In this document: positions 10,531 to 20,229 of the stretch, in pieces
Layout of the letters: each line of letters begins with the position of its first letter
Numbering within the stretch: position 1 is the stretch's first letter
From: a virus
DNA: 64,000 nucleotides
Virus record (IMG/VR): IMGVR_UViG_3300006040_000001
Coordinates: 1-64,000 of that record
Direction: 5' to 3' (one strand)
The notes under the pieces: model-generated
Seen by the model: the letters and a program-made list of their open reading frames with translations, nothing else
Told to the model about the DNA's origin: nothing
The model's database searches: none
Translations under genes and position numbers: made by a program

Positions 10531-11229
10531 ATGAGTGATTTTAAACCTAAACCACGCCCTAAAACCCTGCTGGATGACCCGCAGTTAAAGCTTTATGCAA
10601 CGCCCATCGAAGGGATGAAAAAACCTACGTTGCAGTTCTACTACGGCAACAACAATCCCCACATCATCGTGTGGACTAATGTAGAGTCCGATAAAGACAG
10701 CGGCCGCATTACAGCTGATATGAACACCACAGCGCTCTACCAGTTGTTAGACTTATTACAGTCGGTAGCTGACGATACTAAACCCGATGTATCATACAGC
10801 ATGACGAACGAAAACCACCCATGGGATCGCGGTGCTAATAAACGGGCTAAAGATGCAGTGGTGTTGTCTAAAACAGCTGTGGGTCGCGATAAAGAAGGTC
10901 GTGCATTTATTAGTTTGTTATCTGCTGATTCTAGCCGTCCTAAAATCTGTTTCTATTTTAGTGCGCATCAATACCACAAAATCTCTCGACGTGGTGAAGC
11001 CTTTAGCGAAGCCGAAATCTCTACTATTGCCTTAAAAGGGTTTATTAATTCAATGCGCGATATCTACCCGGTCGTAGCGCAGGATCAATATGCTCATAAA
11101 GAAGCTACGCCGCAGGGCGGGTCTGGCGGTAATGGTAATTCCGGTGGCGGCGGCTATAACAACCGCGGCGGTAACCAAAATAACCGCAGCTCCAACAACG
11201 ATCTAGACGACGATTCGCTCCCTTTCTAG
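10531..11229 (+). CDS. chmC: ChmC-like nucleus-associated single-stranded nucleic-acid-binding protein
   Basis: 232 aa with G/N/S-rich disordered C-tail ending DDDSLPF; directly upstream of the gp68-like gene. Confidence 0.65.
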   Translation: MSDFKPKPRPKTLLDDPQLKLYATPIEGMKKPTLQFYYGNNNPHIIVWTNVESDKDSGRITADMNTTALYQLLDLLQSVADDTKPDVSYSMTNENHPWDRGANKRAKDAVVLSKTAVGRDKEGRAFISLLSADSSRPKICFYFSAHQYHKISRRGEAFSEAEISTIALKGFINSMRDIYPVVAQDQYAHKEATPQGGSGGNGNSGGGGYNNRGGNQNNRSSNNDLDDDSLPF

Positions 11230-11278
11230 ACGAGACCTACGACGGTGAGGTCTTTAGCTGGTGTAATGACATAACCCT

Positions 11279-11308
11279 AAGGAATACCGGATACGTCCGG
11301 TATTCCTT
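11279..11308 (+). terminator. hairpin terminator
   Basis: AAGGAATACCGGA-tacg-TCCGGTATTCCTT. Confidence 0.7.
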
Positions 11309-11330
11309 CTAAGGATGTGCCTTGAACTAA

Positions 11331-11360
11331 AACGAGTTAAGGTATATATTATCATAGTAG
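11331..11360 (+). promoter_or_regulatory. early promoter motif
   Basis: GTTAAGGTATATATTATCATAG. Confidence 0.6.
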
Positions 11361-11379
11361 TATAACCACTGGAACCATT

Positions 11380-12918
11380 ATGAGAATAGAACAAACCGAT
11401 AAAGGCACCTGCGTAATACATTCCGATGACGGTGTTAGTATTGCGTGGAATGTCTCAGTATTTGAGCGTACGCGGTATAGCGGTGTTGATGACGTATTCC
11501 GGGATATCAATAGCTACTGGGCATATCTAACACCTGCCCGTAGACTCCGTATCTGGCGTATTTACGAAAACATTCGCAACACGTTAGACAACTATAACTC
11601 CATCGAAGAGGCAATGACATTAAAAGCATTAACGGCATCTCTCGTAGCCAGCGTGGAAGCTCTCTATATAGAAATGCCGCTCAGTGAACTAGAGCAATGG
11701 TTACGACTTTACGGTAAGGTGGTTTATCCTGCTACTGGCCTACGTAAAGTACATGACCCAGATGATCCGATGCCAGACCGCACTTACCTTGTAGCAGACT
11801 ACCAAGGACTAGTGTTACTTACTACGGCATTACGGCCAATGGTACCAATCTGGGGTGAGTACATCCGCTTAATCAAACAAGGTACAGGTTCCTTATATAA
11901 GGAATACATTGCCATGCGTTTATTAGACCGATCTACGATCGTGTTATCACCAATGTTAGAACGCTTACGCCGGTACATTGAATGTAGCATTACCCGTGAG
12001 ACGGACACGAGTGCTGCCGTAATCGCTGGATTAGGCCGTAGTGAAATACCAGAATGGTTATTAGCTATTGTAACCGTTAGACGTATGTCTGTAGGCGAAG
12101 TCGATGCCAGTGATGAATCAGGTTCTATCATCACGAACATTTATGGATTCGTAACCAGTACGTTAAATGATTTAAACAAAAAGTTCGGTGGTATCAAAGA
12201 GAAATACCCTGAAGACAACGCATCCAACGCCGATGAAGGCGGCGGTAGTATGCTAGAGTCCTATCGCCCTAGACAGCGCGTTAGTAGTGGCGACACGACG
12301 TTGTTTAACGTAGCTATTGGTGATATCGAAAACCACGTACTGCAAACAGATCCTACAGTACCTAGTCACTTAATCCAGATGTGTGCGCAAAACATTAAAC
12401 ATCTGTCCAGTCTAAATATTACCAAACATCACATGGATATGGTGAAATGGGTATTAGCAGATGTTATCTCGCCTCGTGCTGTACAGTCACTATATCAAGA
12501 ACCGCTACTCTGTGCATTAGCTGCTACGCAAGCGCTGCTGCTACATTGGGGGTTTAATGAACTAGCACTTTGGGTAACTAGCGAAGGGCGGCAGCCTAAT
12601 GAACACAACATGGCCTCATTAGGTGCTAAGATGCGTGTACCACCTGAGCTAATAGAGCGTTTGAATTATTTCTACCCGTATGTATTCAATAGCCATGTTA
12701 ATGGAGGTAAAAAACCAAGCCAAGTTTATACTGATATTATTACGCTAGCGCAGAACATACTAACTAATCATTGGTATTCCACTAACATTGATGCCGTAGT
12801 AAAGCATACTGGTATTACACTAGATGCTAGTCGCCGGCTAAAACCATCACCTACTCTGGCTGAGAACCTAGCTACATTAGTAGTATTCATTAACCAACGT
12901 AAAGAGCCAACACCATGA
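11380..12918 (+). CDS. non-virion RNAP promoter-specificity (sigma-like) subunit, phiKZ gp68-like
   Basis: 512 aa; TYLVADYQGL...LRPMVPIWGEYI; position between ChmC-like and PicA-like genes. Confidence 0.7.
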   Translation: MRIEQTDKGTCVIHSDDGVSIAWNVSVFERTRYSGVDDVFRDINSYWAYLTPARRLRIWRIYENIRNTLDNYNSIEEAMTLKALTASLVASVEALYIEMPLSELEQWLRLYGKVVYPATGLRKVHDPDDPMPDRTYLVADYQGLVLLTTALRPMVPIWGEYIRLIKQGTGSLYKEYIAMRLLDRSTIVLSPMLERLRRYIECSITRETDTSAAVIAGLGRSEIPEWLLAIVTVRRMSVGEVDASDESGSIITNIYGFVTSTLNDLNKKFGGIKEKYPEDNASNADEGGGSMLESYRPRQRVSSGDTTLFNVAIGDIENHVLQTDPTVPSHLIQMCAQNIKHLSSLNITKHHMDMVKWVLADVISPRAVQSLYQEPLLCALAATQALLLHWGFNELALWVTSEGRQPNEHNMASLGAKMRVPPELIERLNYFYPYVFNSHVNGGKKPSQVYTDIITLAQNILTNHWYSTNIDAVVKHTGITLDASRRLKPSPTLAENLATLVVFINQRKEPTP

Positions 12919-14432
12919 ACGAGCAGCTGCGTATAACAAAAGCCATTTTTGCCAGAACCGGTAGCTACGATGATATGCACTATCGTCCGTTCGCTACGAA
13001 CATTAACGATGAGACGACTAATCTCTATATGGAGATGACTCGTCATGAAACTGAATTAACGCCATTGACCTTAGCGGGTCTAGCTGGCAACATCTTACGT
13101 CCGGTTACTGAAACCATGGGCGTAGTACCTATTGTGAATGGCTGGGGTACTGAGCGTTTACGTTTCTTACTAGAAATCACTATCACCACCGGATTAGGTG
13201 ATTATGCGATGGAGTGCGTAGGCGGCTATTCAGATTACTTAGGCGTAGGTAACAACCTGTCTATTGATCCTAATCTACGACTCATGATTAATTCCACGAG
13301 TAAAGTACGTCAGATTCGTGACAACTCAGTAATTGGTACGGGCATGCGTTCCAGTATGGCCGATGCATCGCACATCATCACTACGCCTTATATGCCTGCG
13401 GCCTATCAGAGTGGGTTTAAAAATAACGGCATGGAGTTAATGCGCCCTATGGATTTGGTTAGTGCCCTACAAACGGATGCTAATTACCCGCAGCAAAACG
13501 CGCAGGATCTGCGTGCCAATACTACTGTTACTACGATTAATAAATCTAATCGGACGAATACGGTATCTAGTGATTACCTTACGAAAGCGGTGAACTCTAT
13601 CGTGTTTGCTCAGCGCGCTAGTGATGAACCGTATAATCAAGACGCCCATAACGTGCTGAATGCCGCGCGTAAGATGTCGCGTGAAGCCTACATCAGTGAC
13701 GATGCGTTCATTCGTTATATCAGCGCTCATACGGGGTATATGGGCAACAACTACGTGACCTATGGCGAGTTGTGTCGACTGTTTCCTGAGTTGGATATAA
13801 TTAAGAACATCCCTACCTACGGCCAAGCTGAATTAGCCAGCAAAGCCACACGCGGGCAGTATAGTGATCTTAATGCTCCTACCCAGGAAACTATCGTAGC
13901 TACGATGTTATCTAACATGATTCCAGGAATTATGTTAAACCTAATGATTACGGATATCACATTCGAGTTTACCAGCGACACGAATGATAACCATGTGGAC
14001 GTCGATATTAAGAAAGCGTTGAGTTTCGGTAACGTAGATCTTAAACCGTACATCCTACGGTTTATCGACCGGTTAATCAAAGAAGTAGTTCCCGATATCA
14101 CGTACCGCGGTGCAGTAGTAATTAGTGTAGCAATGCGCGCTAGTATCTTAGGCGATACACGCATGTCCATTAGCTATAACGGCGGTCCTAATTACGACTT
14201 CGTTATCCCTACGTTCTGCGACGGCATGTTCGCGCCCGTTATCACGCCTGATTACGGCGTCGTACAAAACGCAGCTAGCGATATTAGCTGTTTAGCCAAC
14301 TCAATTGGTTCCGAGCAACCTATTATTGACTATGGTCACACACAGCCGCGTCATCAACCTCAACCGCTAATTACTACTATTCAACCCACTGGAGCCAACC
14401 ATGGATCAGCAAACTCTCGTTTCCTTATATGA
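12915..14432 (+). CDS. picA: PicA/Imp1-like phage-nucleus protein import factor (phiKZ gp69-like)
   Basis: 505 aa, ATGA-coupled to the gp68-like gene; IVNGWGTERLRFLL; synteny. Confidence 0.65.
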   Translation: MNEQLRITKAIFARTGSYDDMHYRPFATNINDETTNLYMEMTRHETELTPLTLAGLAGNILRPVTETMGVVPIVNGWGTERLRFLLEITITTGLGDYAMECVGGYSDYLGVGNNLSIDPNLRLMINSTSKVRQIRDNSVIGTGMRSSMADASHIITTPYMPAAYQSGFKNNGMELMRPMDLVSALQTDANYPQQNAQDLRANTTVTTINKSNRTNTVSSDYLTKAVNSIVFAQRASDEPYNQDAHNVLNAARKMSREAYISDDAFIRYISAHTGYMGNNYVTYGELCRLFPELDIIKNIPTYGQAELASKATRGQYSDLNAPTQETIVATMLSNMIPGIMLNLMITDITFEFTSDTNDNHVDVDIKKALSFGNVDLKPYILRFIDRLIKEVVPDITYRGAVVISVAMRASILGDTRMSISYNGGPNYDFVIPTFCDGMFAPVITPDYGVVQNAASDISCLANSIGSEQPIIDYGHTQPRHQPQPLITTIQPTGANHGSANSRFLI

Positions 14433-15771
14433 GAAAATATTAACCAGTCTTAATTGCTCGCAGACCGATGGCTATCTGCGTTTCGGTCACGGCAGTGATG
14501 CCGGCCCGTTGATCTGCGAAGATAAGCGTATGGTGTTGCCTACCCGTGAAATCCTGGAGACTATGGATCGTACTGCTTGCGTAGCATTTCACCCGCTGTG
14601 CGAGTCCAGTGTTCGCGGCGAATCAGCTATTATCCGTAAGCTACGGGCATTAGTCAACACACAGCTTACTTACGCATTAGGCGAGCTGATGAACCATATG
14701 CTTGGTATCGCTATGGATACTGCGCGACATTCAGCACTATCGCCGGATCAAAAAGACTTCATTACTATTATTCCGGATATTCCGGATGATTGTCATACGC
14801 AGTTCATGACTATCATGAAGTTAGTAGATGCCGTCGGTGAAAACCGAATCGTCAACGTCTACATCAAACGAGCGCCTACCCTAGACGGCGTAGGCTATAA
14901 ACGTGGTGCAATTATTGCATTCCCGTTACTGGCTGAACTAGAGCGTACGGATGATAAGGTATTTGGTAAAACCATCAAAAAGAAAAACAAAGCAGTGTTA
15001 CTAAAGTTGCTACGTTATATCTTAGATGAAGCACCAGATACCAACGCAGCTGAGCTGTATAGCTGCGGTAGTAACAGCGTGGTTGCACCAAACTTTCACT
15101 GTTTGATGTTAACATTCGCCAAAACAATGCGCCGGTTCAATAGTCTGATTTGGGAATACCGTGGACGTATTCCTAGCTACAAAGACATCCACGTTAAGTT
15201 AGACTGGGTTAGTGAGATTAAAGATCTTACTATCTATAAAGGTCTGCTGCCTGTGTTGGCCGGGAACGATGGTGAGGTAGTAGCGAATGCTGCTGCCGAG
15301 GAGCCAGTAGCCACTAAGCCGTCGCAGCCTATGGTTAACCGTAGCGTGGTAGCAGCGGCGGCACTCAGCGGATCCGTAGCAGCGGTCAGCGCTGGGGCAG
15401 CGCCAGTAGCGGCAGCATCCGCACCGGCAGTAGTAACCCCTATACCCGCACGCAGTAGCGCGCCGGTAGATGAAGTAGCGTCCTGGACGAGTTACATCGT
15501 AGGTAGTCGCAACACCTCAGTACCGACTACGTTACCGCTGGTAGGCCGTGGAGTCAATGCTCCCCAACCGCAATATCCGCAACAACAATACCCACAGTAC
15601 CCGCAGCCAATACAGCAGCAAGTGCCTACAGTAACGTATCCGTTAACCAATGGTCGTAACGTTACAGTAGCCGCACCGATAGCTACGCATGCGCCGCAGG
15701 TAAATAATCCAGTGTATCCTGGCCGTGGCGGTTATCAAACCCAGCAGACTAGCAGTCGCTTTGGTATTTAG
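14401..15771 (+). CDS. phiKZ gp70-like conserved protein with low-complexity C-terminus
   Basis: 456 aa; FHPLCES motif; Ala-rich then PQQQY-rich tail. Confidence 0.7.
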   Translation: MDQQTLVSLYEKILTSLNCSQTDGYLRFGHGSDAGPLICEDKRMVLPTREILETMDRTACVAFHPLCESSVRGESAIIRKLRALVNTQLTYALGELMNHMLGIAMDTARHSALSPDQKDFITIIPDIPDDCHTQFMTIMKLVDAVGENRIVNVYIKRAPTLDGVGYKRGAIIAFPLLAELERTDDKVFGKTIKKKNKAVLLKLLRYILDEAPDTNAAELYSCGSNSVVAPNFHCLMLTFAKTMRRFNSLIWEYRGRIPSYKDIHVKLDWVSEIKDLTIYKGLLPVLAGNDGEVVANAAAEEPVATKPSQPMVNRSVVAAAALSGSVAAVSAGAAPVAAASAPAVVTPIPARSSAPVDEVASWTSYIVGSRNTSVPTTLPLVGRGVNAPQPQYPQQQYPQYPQPIQQQVPTVTYPLTNGRNVTVAAPIATHAPQVNNPVYPGRGGYQTQQTSSRFGI

Positions 15772-15780
15772 GGCATAGGC

Positions 15781-15817
15781 TACACTCTACGGGTTCTCCC
15801 CGTAGAGTGTATTTTTA
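15781..15817. terminator. bidirectional terminator between convergent genes
   Basis: TACACTCTACGGG-ttctc-CCCGTAGAGTGTA then TTTTT; GGCATA on the left flank. Confidence 0.8.
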
Positions 15818-15822
15818 TTACT

Positions 15823-16167
15823 TTAAATCATTCTTTGTATCGTGGTGTGCGTAGTCTTAATACGTTCGATCACTGAGAAATCCGGTACGTGTATTCGCAG
15901 TACTTTATCCGTGTAATCTGACGGTGAGGTAAAGCCATTAACACGTCCTGTTATCCAGTGGTACTGCATAGGCACTTTATAGTACCCTAGTAATCCGTAT
16001 AGATCAAATTCATATTTGTACGCGATATTAGGCTCTACATTAATGTAGTAACTGTCCCTACCTGCTTTTAATATATCGATATTCATTTCGAGTTCATGGC
16101 GCAATGACTCGGTATAGAATATACTAGGACCATCATTAGTCATGGTTCGTTGTAATGGAGTTGCCAT
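15823..16167 (-). CDS. small conserved protein, possible LysM-like/baseplate wedge-type
   Basis: 114 aa, GAGG RBS; DLYGLLGYY...HWITGRVNGF pattern recalls T4 gp53-like proteins (inference). Confidence 0.6.
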   Translation of the reverse strand: MATPLQRTMTNDGPSIFYTESLRHELEMNIDILKAGRDSYYINVEPNIAYKYEFDLYGLLGYYKVPMQYHWITGRVNGFTSPSDYTDKVLRIHVPDFSVIERIKTTHTTIQRMI

Positions 16168-16180
16168 CGGAATAACCTCG

Positions 16181-16210
16181 AATTAAAAACAAGTATATAT
16201 TATCAACATG
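16181..16210 (+). promoter_or_regulatory. early promoter motif
   Basis: AATTAAAAACAAGTATATATTATCAAC. Confidence 0.6.
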
Positions 16211-16231
16211 TAATCATGTACGGAGAGTCAT

Positions 16232-18295
16232 ATGACGTTATATCCAAACGACCTTAGCTGCGAAAACTTAGGCGTAGTTGCTATTAACCCTTTAGTCCGT
16301 TCGATCAGTGCTGCACGATTAGCCATGCTGTGCAGTCATATCGGTCAGGCATTACCCATGGAAGGCGCTACAGTAAAAAGATTAATTACTGGCATTGAGC
16401 GCGAGTATGCCAAAGATGACCATAACATACAGTTCCCGTGTAATGCAATCATTAAGAAAGTCGTACGTAAATACCCGCGCACTCCAGCGGACGAAAGGAT
16501 CAAAGACAATCCTATTACGTCGATTATCTACGAGAACGCTGATACAGATAATCAAGAAATAGGTGTACTGCATCTACCTAGTTACCATAACATGCATCAG
16601 CATTTTGGTTTCAACTACGTGTTGACTAGCGATGCCAGCAGATTATTCCCAGACGAGTACTTCGAAAAAGGTACAGTCATAGCCACCTCACCTATCGTAA
16701 CACCCGATGGTGATTACAAAATGGGAATTGAAGCCCAAGTTGCTTTTATGTCGATCCCTACCGTAATCGAGGACGGTATTGAGATCAGTGATGAATTTGC
16801 ACAACGCTGTAGAACCAAAGGTTATGGTACGCGTACGGTGAGTTGGGGTAAAAACGCGATCCCTGTGAATCTCTACGGCGATCCATCTAAGCCAGACGAG
16901 TATAAACCGTTCCCTGACATTGGCGAGTATGTACACGATAATGGATTGTTGTTCGCTACCCGTAGTTACGAAGATATGGTTACTATACCGTTGTTATCGC
17001 GCAGCGCGTTACGGAACGTAGATTTCTTCGATACACCCGTACAAGCTATACCGGGTGCTAAGATCATTGATGTGATAGTCTATAAAGGCAACCGTGATAA
17101 AACCTACTTACCCCAAGGTATGGATGAGCAGTGCCGATATTATTATCGTCGGTCTATTAGTTACTATCAGAATATTCTGGAAGAGTATTATAAGCTACGT
17201 GGTCAGCGTGGCGTTAACTTAGTCACAAGTCCAGCTTTTGGGAACCTAGTCGTCAGAGCCGAGGCTATTACCAAAGCACATGAAAAACCTTACCTAACAC
17301 CATCCTACGGACGCCGTCCAATCGATGAGTGGTTAGTAGACATTGTGTTCGAATATGATATTGTCCCTACTATTGGATTTAAGTTCACCGGGCTAAACGG
17401 CGATAAAGGAATCGTCTGCGGCGTCAGACCAAAGGCCGATATGCCTGTCGATGCTACCGGTAACGTAGCGGACTATATTACGGATTTTGATTCCTCTGTA
17501 AAGCGGATGAACCCAGGCCGTACATACGAGCAGTACATTAATTCATCAGGTCGTGCATTAGCACTATCTATCGAATACGATCTACGCGCCACCCCCAACA
17601 CAGCTGCTAAAATTAATCAGCTGTGGGATCACTTGATGGGGTTCTATAAGTTACTAGCCCCTGCGATGTACGATATTATATCGAAGCGCACATCGACATT
17701 CGAACGCCAGCTACATTTAGAATGTGTTGCCCGTGATGGCATGTATCTCTATCTACCTCCTGACAACCCAGTTAAATATATCGAGGTTATTAACCAATTA
17801 CGTTATCGCTACCCAGCGCCATTAGGCCCTATCCGGTATCGTGGTAACTCAGGTCGATTAGTCACTACTAAGAACAACGTGCTGATCGGTGGTATGTACA
17901 TCTTACTATTAGAGAAAATAGGTAACTCATGGCAAGCCGTATCTAGTGCTAAGCTACAGCACTTCGGTATCCCAGCTAAATTAACTAACGCTGATAAATA
18001 CGCAGCCCCCGGACGACATAACCCGGTACGTATCTTCGGCGAATCTGAAGTCCGTCTAGTATCTGCAATCTGCGGTGGTGATATTGTTGCAGACATCCTA
18101 GATCAAGCCAATAATCCAGTAGCCCATCGGAGCATCACTGAAACCATCTTACGTAGCGATACCGCGACTAATATAGAGCGCATTATTGATCGTAATAAAA
18201 TACCCGCTGGTAACGGGCGAATCATTACACTCGTACGGCACGTATTAGAATGTGCTGGCATCCGCTTCACACGGGGTAAACGAAATGCAGTATAA
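16232..18295 (+). CDS. rpoB: non-virion RNA polymerase beta subunit, C-terminal part (phiKZ gp71-73-like), uninterrupted
   Basis: IEDGIEIS, GFKFTGLNGDKGIV, KRMNPG, YILLLEK, RIFGESEV. Confidence 0.92.
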   Translation: MTLYPNDLSCENLGVVAINPLVRSISAARLAMLCSHIGQALPMEGATVKRLITGIEREYAKDDHNIQFPCNAIIKKVVRKYPRTPADERIKDNPITSIIYENADTDNQEIGVLHLPSYHNMHQHFGFNYVLTSDASRLFPDEYFEKGTVIATSPIVTPDGDYKMGIEAQVAFMSIPTVIEDGIEISDEFAQRCRTKGYGTRTVSWGKNAIPVNLYGDPSKPDEYKPFPDIGEYVHDNGLLFATRSYEDMVTIPLLSRSALRNVDFFDTPVQAIPGAKIIDVIVYKGNRDKTYLPQGMDEQCRYYYRRSISYYQNILEEYYKLRGQRGVNLVTSPAFGNLVVRAEAITKAHEKPYLTPSYGRRPIDEWLVDIVFEYDIVPTIGFKFTGLNGDKGIVCGVRPKADMPVDATGNVADYITDFDSSVKRMNPGRTYEQYINSSGRALALSIEYDLRATPNTAAKINQLWDHLMGFYKLLAPAMYDIISKRTSTFERQLHLECVARDGMYLYLPPDNPVKYIEVINQLRYRYPAPLGPIRYRGNSGRLVTTKNNVLIGGMYILLLEKIGNSWQAVSSAKLQHFGIPAKLTNADKYAAPGRHNPVRIFGESEVRLVSAICGGDIVADILDQANNPVAHRSITETILRSDTATNIERIIDRNKIPAGNGRIITLVRHVLECAGIRFTRGKRNAV

Positions 18296-20225
18296 CGCAC
18301 GTGAATTATTAACATGGTCTGTAGATGATATCTGGAATCTTCCTGACCTAGAAAACATTACGGTAGTTATGGATGATGGTATTATTACTACAGATGTGCG
18401 GTTCTTAATATTCTCTACGTACATCTGGGACGTACATCGGGCTTATCCGTTAACACCGCTGTTAAAAAGACATTTCTTACAGGGTCGTTATACAGGTAAC
18501 TCACACATCGAGTTGTTGTCCCACGCAGTATTTGACTGCTGGGATGAGTATAAGCTAAAGCAACAACCGATTGATATGGAGTCGCTGTGCCGTATCCCGT
18601 TCATGGTGTTTAATAATATCTTCAACGACTTCACGTACAAACTAGAGGAAGATGTTGCCTCAGCATGTGCGTTAGATTTCGTAGACGTTATGATGCACCC
18701 TGATATTAAATCAGCCAACGATCATTTACAGGCATTAGAACACGTCAGTAAATATGATATTGATATCTGTAACAACGCCATTAGTAGCGTGTTGCTAACA
18801 GCGCCTGAGTTAGCTTCTAACGCCATCTCTAAAGCTATCCGTGCAGGTACCGTACGGATGAACCAAGTATTACAGTGCGTAGGCCCGCGTGGGTTTGTTA
18901 CAGATATTGACTCCTATATATTCCATGAGCCCATCCGCGTCGGTTATGCAGAAGGCTTTAGTAAACTCGAAGATGCAATGAAGGTCTCTCGTGAAGCTAG
19001 CCAGTCGTTGTTGTTTACTAAAGGTCCGATGCAGGACACTGAGTATTTTAACCGGTGCGAGCAACTAGTAGCGGCTTCTATACATCATATCCATCCGAGC
19101 GATTGCGGGTCACGTGACTATCTCCCCGCTACGATAAGTTCACGTCGTCTATTACTAGACATGGCTGGCGTCTATTACTTCGACGAGACCACTAACCAAG
19201 AACACGCTATCACACAGCACTCTACGCATCTATTAGGTAAGACAATTAAGATCCGTAGTGTGTTAACGTGTAAGCACAGTAATCCATATGCCGTATGTGC
19301 CCGATGTTTTGGTGAATTATCGTTATCAGTACCCGAAGGTACTAACATCGGCTATATCTCAGCAGCCCAACTACAAGGTCCGGTAGGGCAGTTGATTCTA
19401 TCCAATAAACATTACACCGGCAGTGCAGGCGTAGATGAGCTCTGCGTATCAGAAGCTAACGAACACTATATCACGACAGGTGCAGACGAAAACTGTATCT
19501 ATATTAACCCTAAGATGAAGGGTAGACTTTTATCGATTGCGTTAGACGAAAAAGAAATTCCTAACCTCACTGATATCCTAGTCGTAGAAGATGTTCGTAT
19601 GGTCAGTCCATTCCGTATTAGCGAGGTCAGCGTAGCCGACTTTACTTACATGGAAGGTGATGCCGAGTTAGGCGTAGTAGTTGATCTAATTAACGGTGCG
19701 CGTGTAGGATCGCTGTCACGTGAGTTCTTAGCCTACGTCAAAGAGATCGGATGGAGTATAGGCAATCGTAACGAGTACATTATTGACATGACCGATTGGG
19801 ATATGTCTTTACCGTTTATACAGATGCCACTAAAACATTTCTCTACGGTAGACTTTATGAAATCTATCGAGAGCTTTATCAAAGGAGGTAGTACTAAAGG
19901 TGCTAAATCTATTACCAACTACGATACAGCATTCGCTGCATTAATAGCGCTCCATGATTTAGTTAGCCAGCGCTTATCCGTTAATATTGCGTACCTGCAA
20001 ATTGTGATATTAGCGACCTTAGTGAGATCACGGGTAGAACGAGACTACAGATTACCCGTAGACCGTGCTAACGCGGTACCAGCGCGCTACAACCAAATTA
20101 TGTCACTACATTCACTCACCGCGGGTTATGCTTATGAGGGTCAACAAGATCTGATATTCTCCGCAGAGTCATTTTTGGTAAAAGTGCGCCCACGTCACCC
20201 GTTAGACTATATGGTATTAAGGTAG
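18285..20225 (+). CDS. rpoC: non-virion RNA polymerase beta' subunit, C-terminal part (phiKZ gp74-like)
   Basis: QCVGPRG, TEYFNR, DCGS, IRSVLTC...VCARCFG, QLILSNKH; ATG 18285 preferred. Confidence 0.9.
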   Translation: MQYNARELLTWSVDDIWNLPDLENITVVMDDGIITTDVRFLIFSTYIWDVHRAYPLTPLLKRHFLQGRYTGNSHIELLSHAVFDCWDEYKLKQQPIDMESLCRIPFMVFNNIFNDFTYKLEEDVASACALDFVDVMMHPDIKSANDHLQALEHVSKYDIDICNNAISSVLLTAPELASNAISKAIRAGTVRMNQVLQCVGPRGFVTDIDSYIFHEPIRVGYAEGFSKLEDAMKVSREASQSLLFTKGPMQDTEYFNRCEQLVAASIHHIHPSDCGSRDYLPATISSRRLLLDMAGVYYFDETTNQEHAITQHSTHLLGKTIKIRSVLTCKHSNPYAVCARCFGELSLSVPEGTNIGYISAAQLQGPVGQLILSNKHYTGSAGVDELCVSEANEHYITTGADENCIYINPKMKGRLLSIALDEKEIPNLTDILVVEDVRMVSPFRISEVSVADFTYMEGDAELGVVVDLINGARVGSLSREFLAYVKEIGWSIGNRNEYIIDMTDWDMSLPFIQMPLKHFSTVDFMKSIESFIKGGSTKGAKSITNYDTAFAALIALHDLVSQRLSVNIAYLQIVILATLVRSRVERDYRLPVDRANAVPARYNQIMSLHSLTAGYAYEGQQDLIFSAESFLVKVRPRHPLDYMVLR

Positions 20226-20229
20226 CCTT

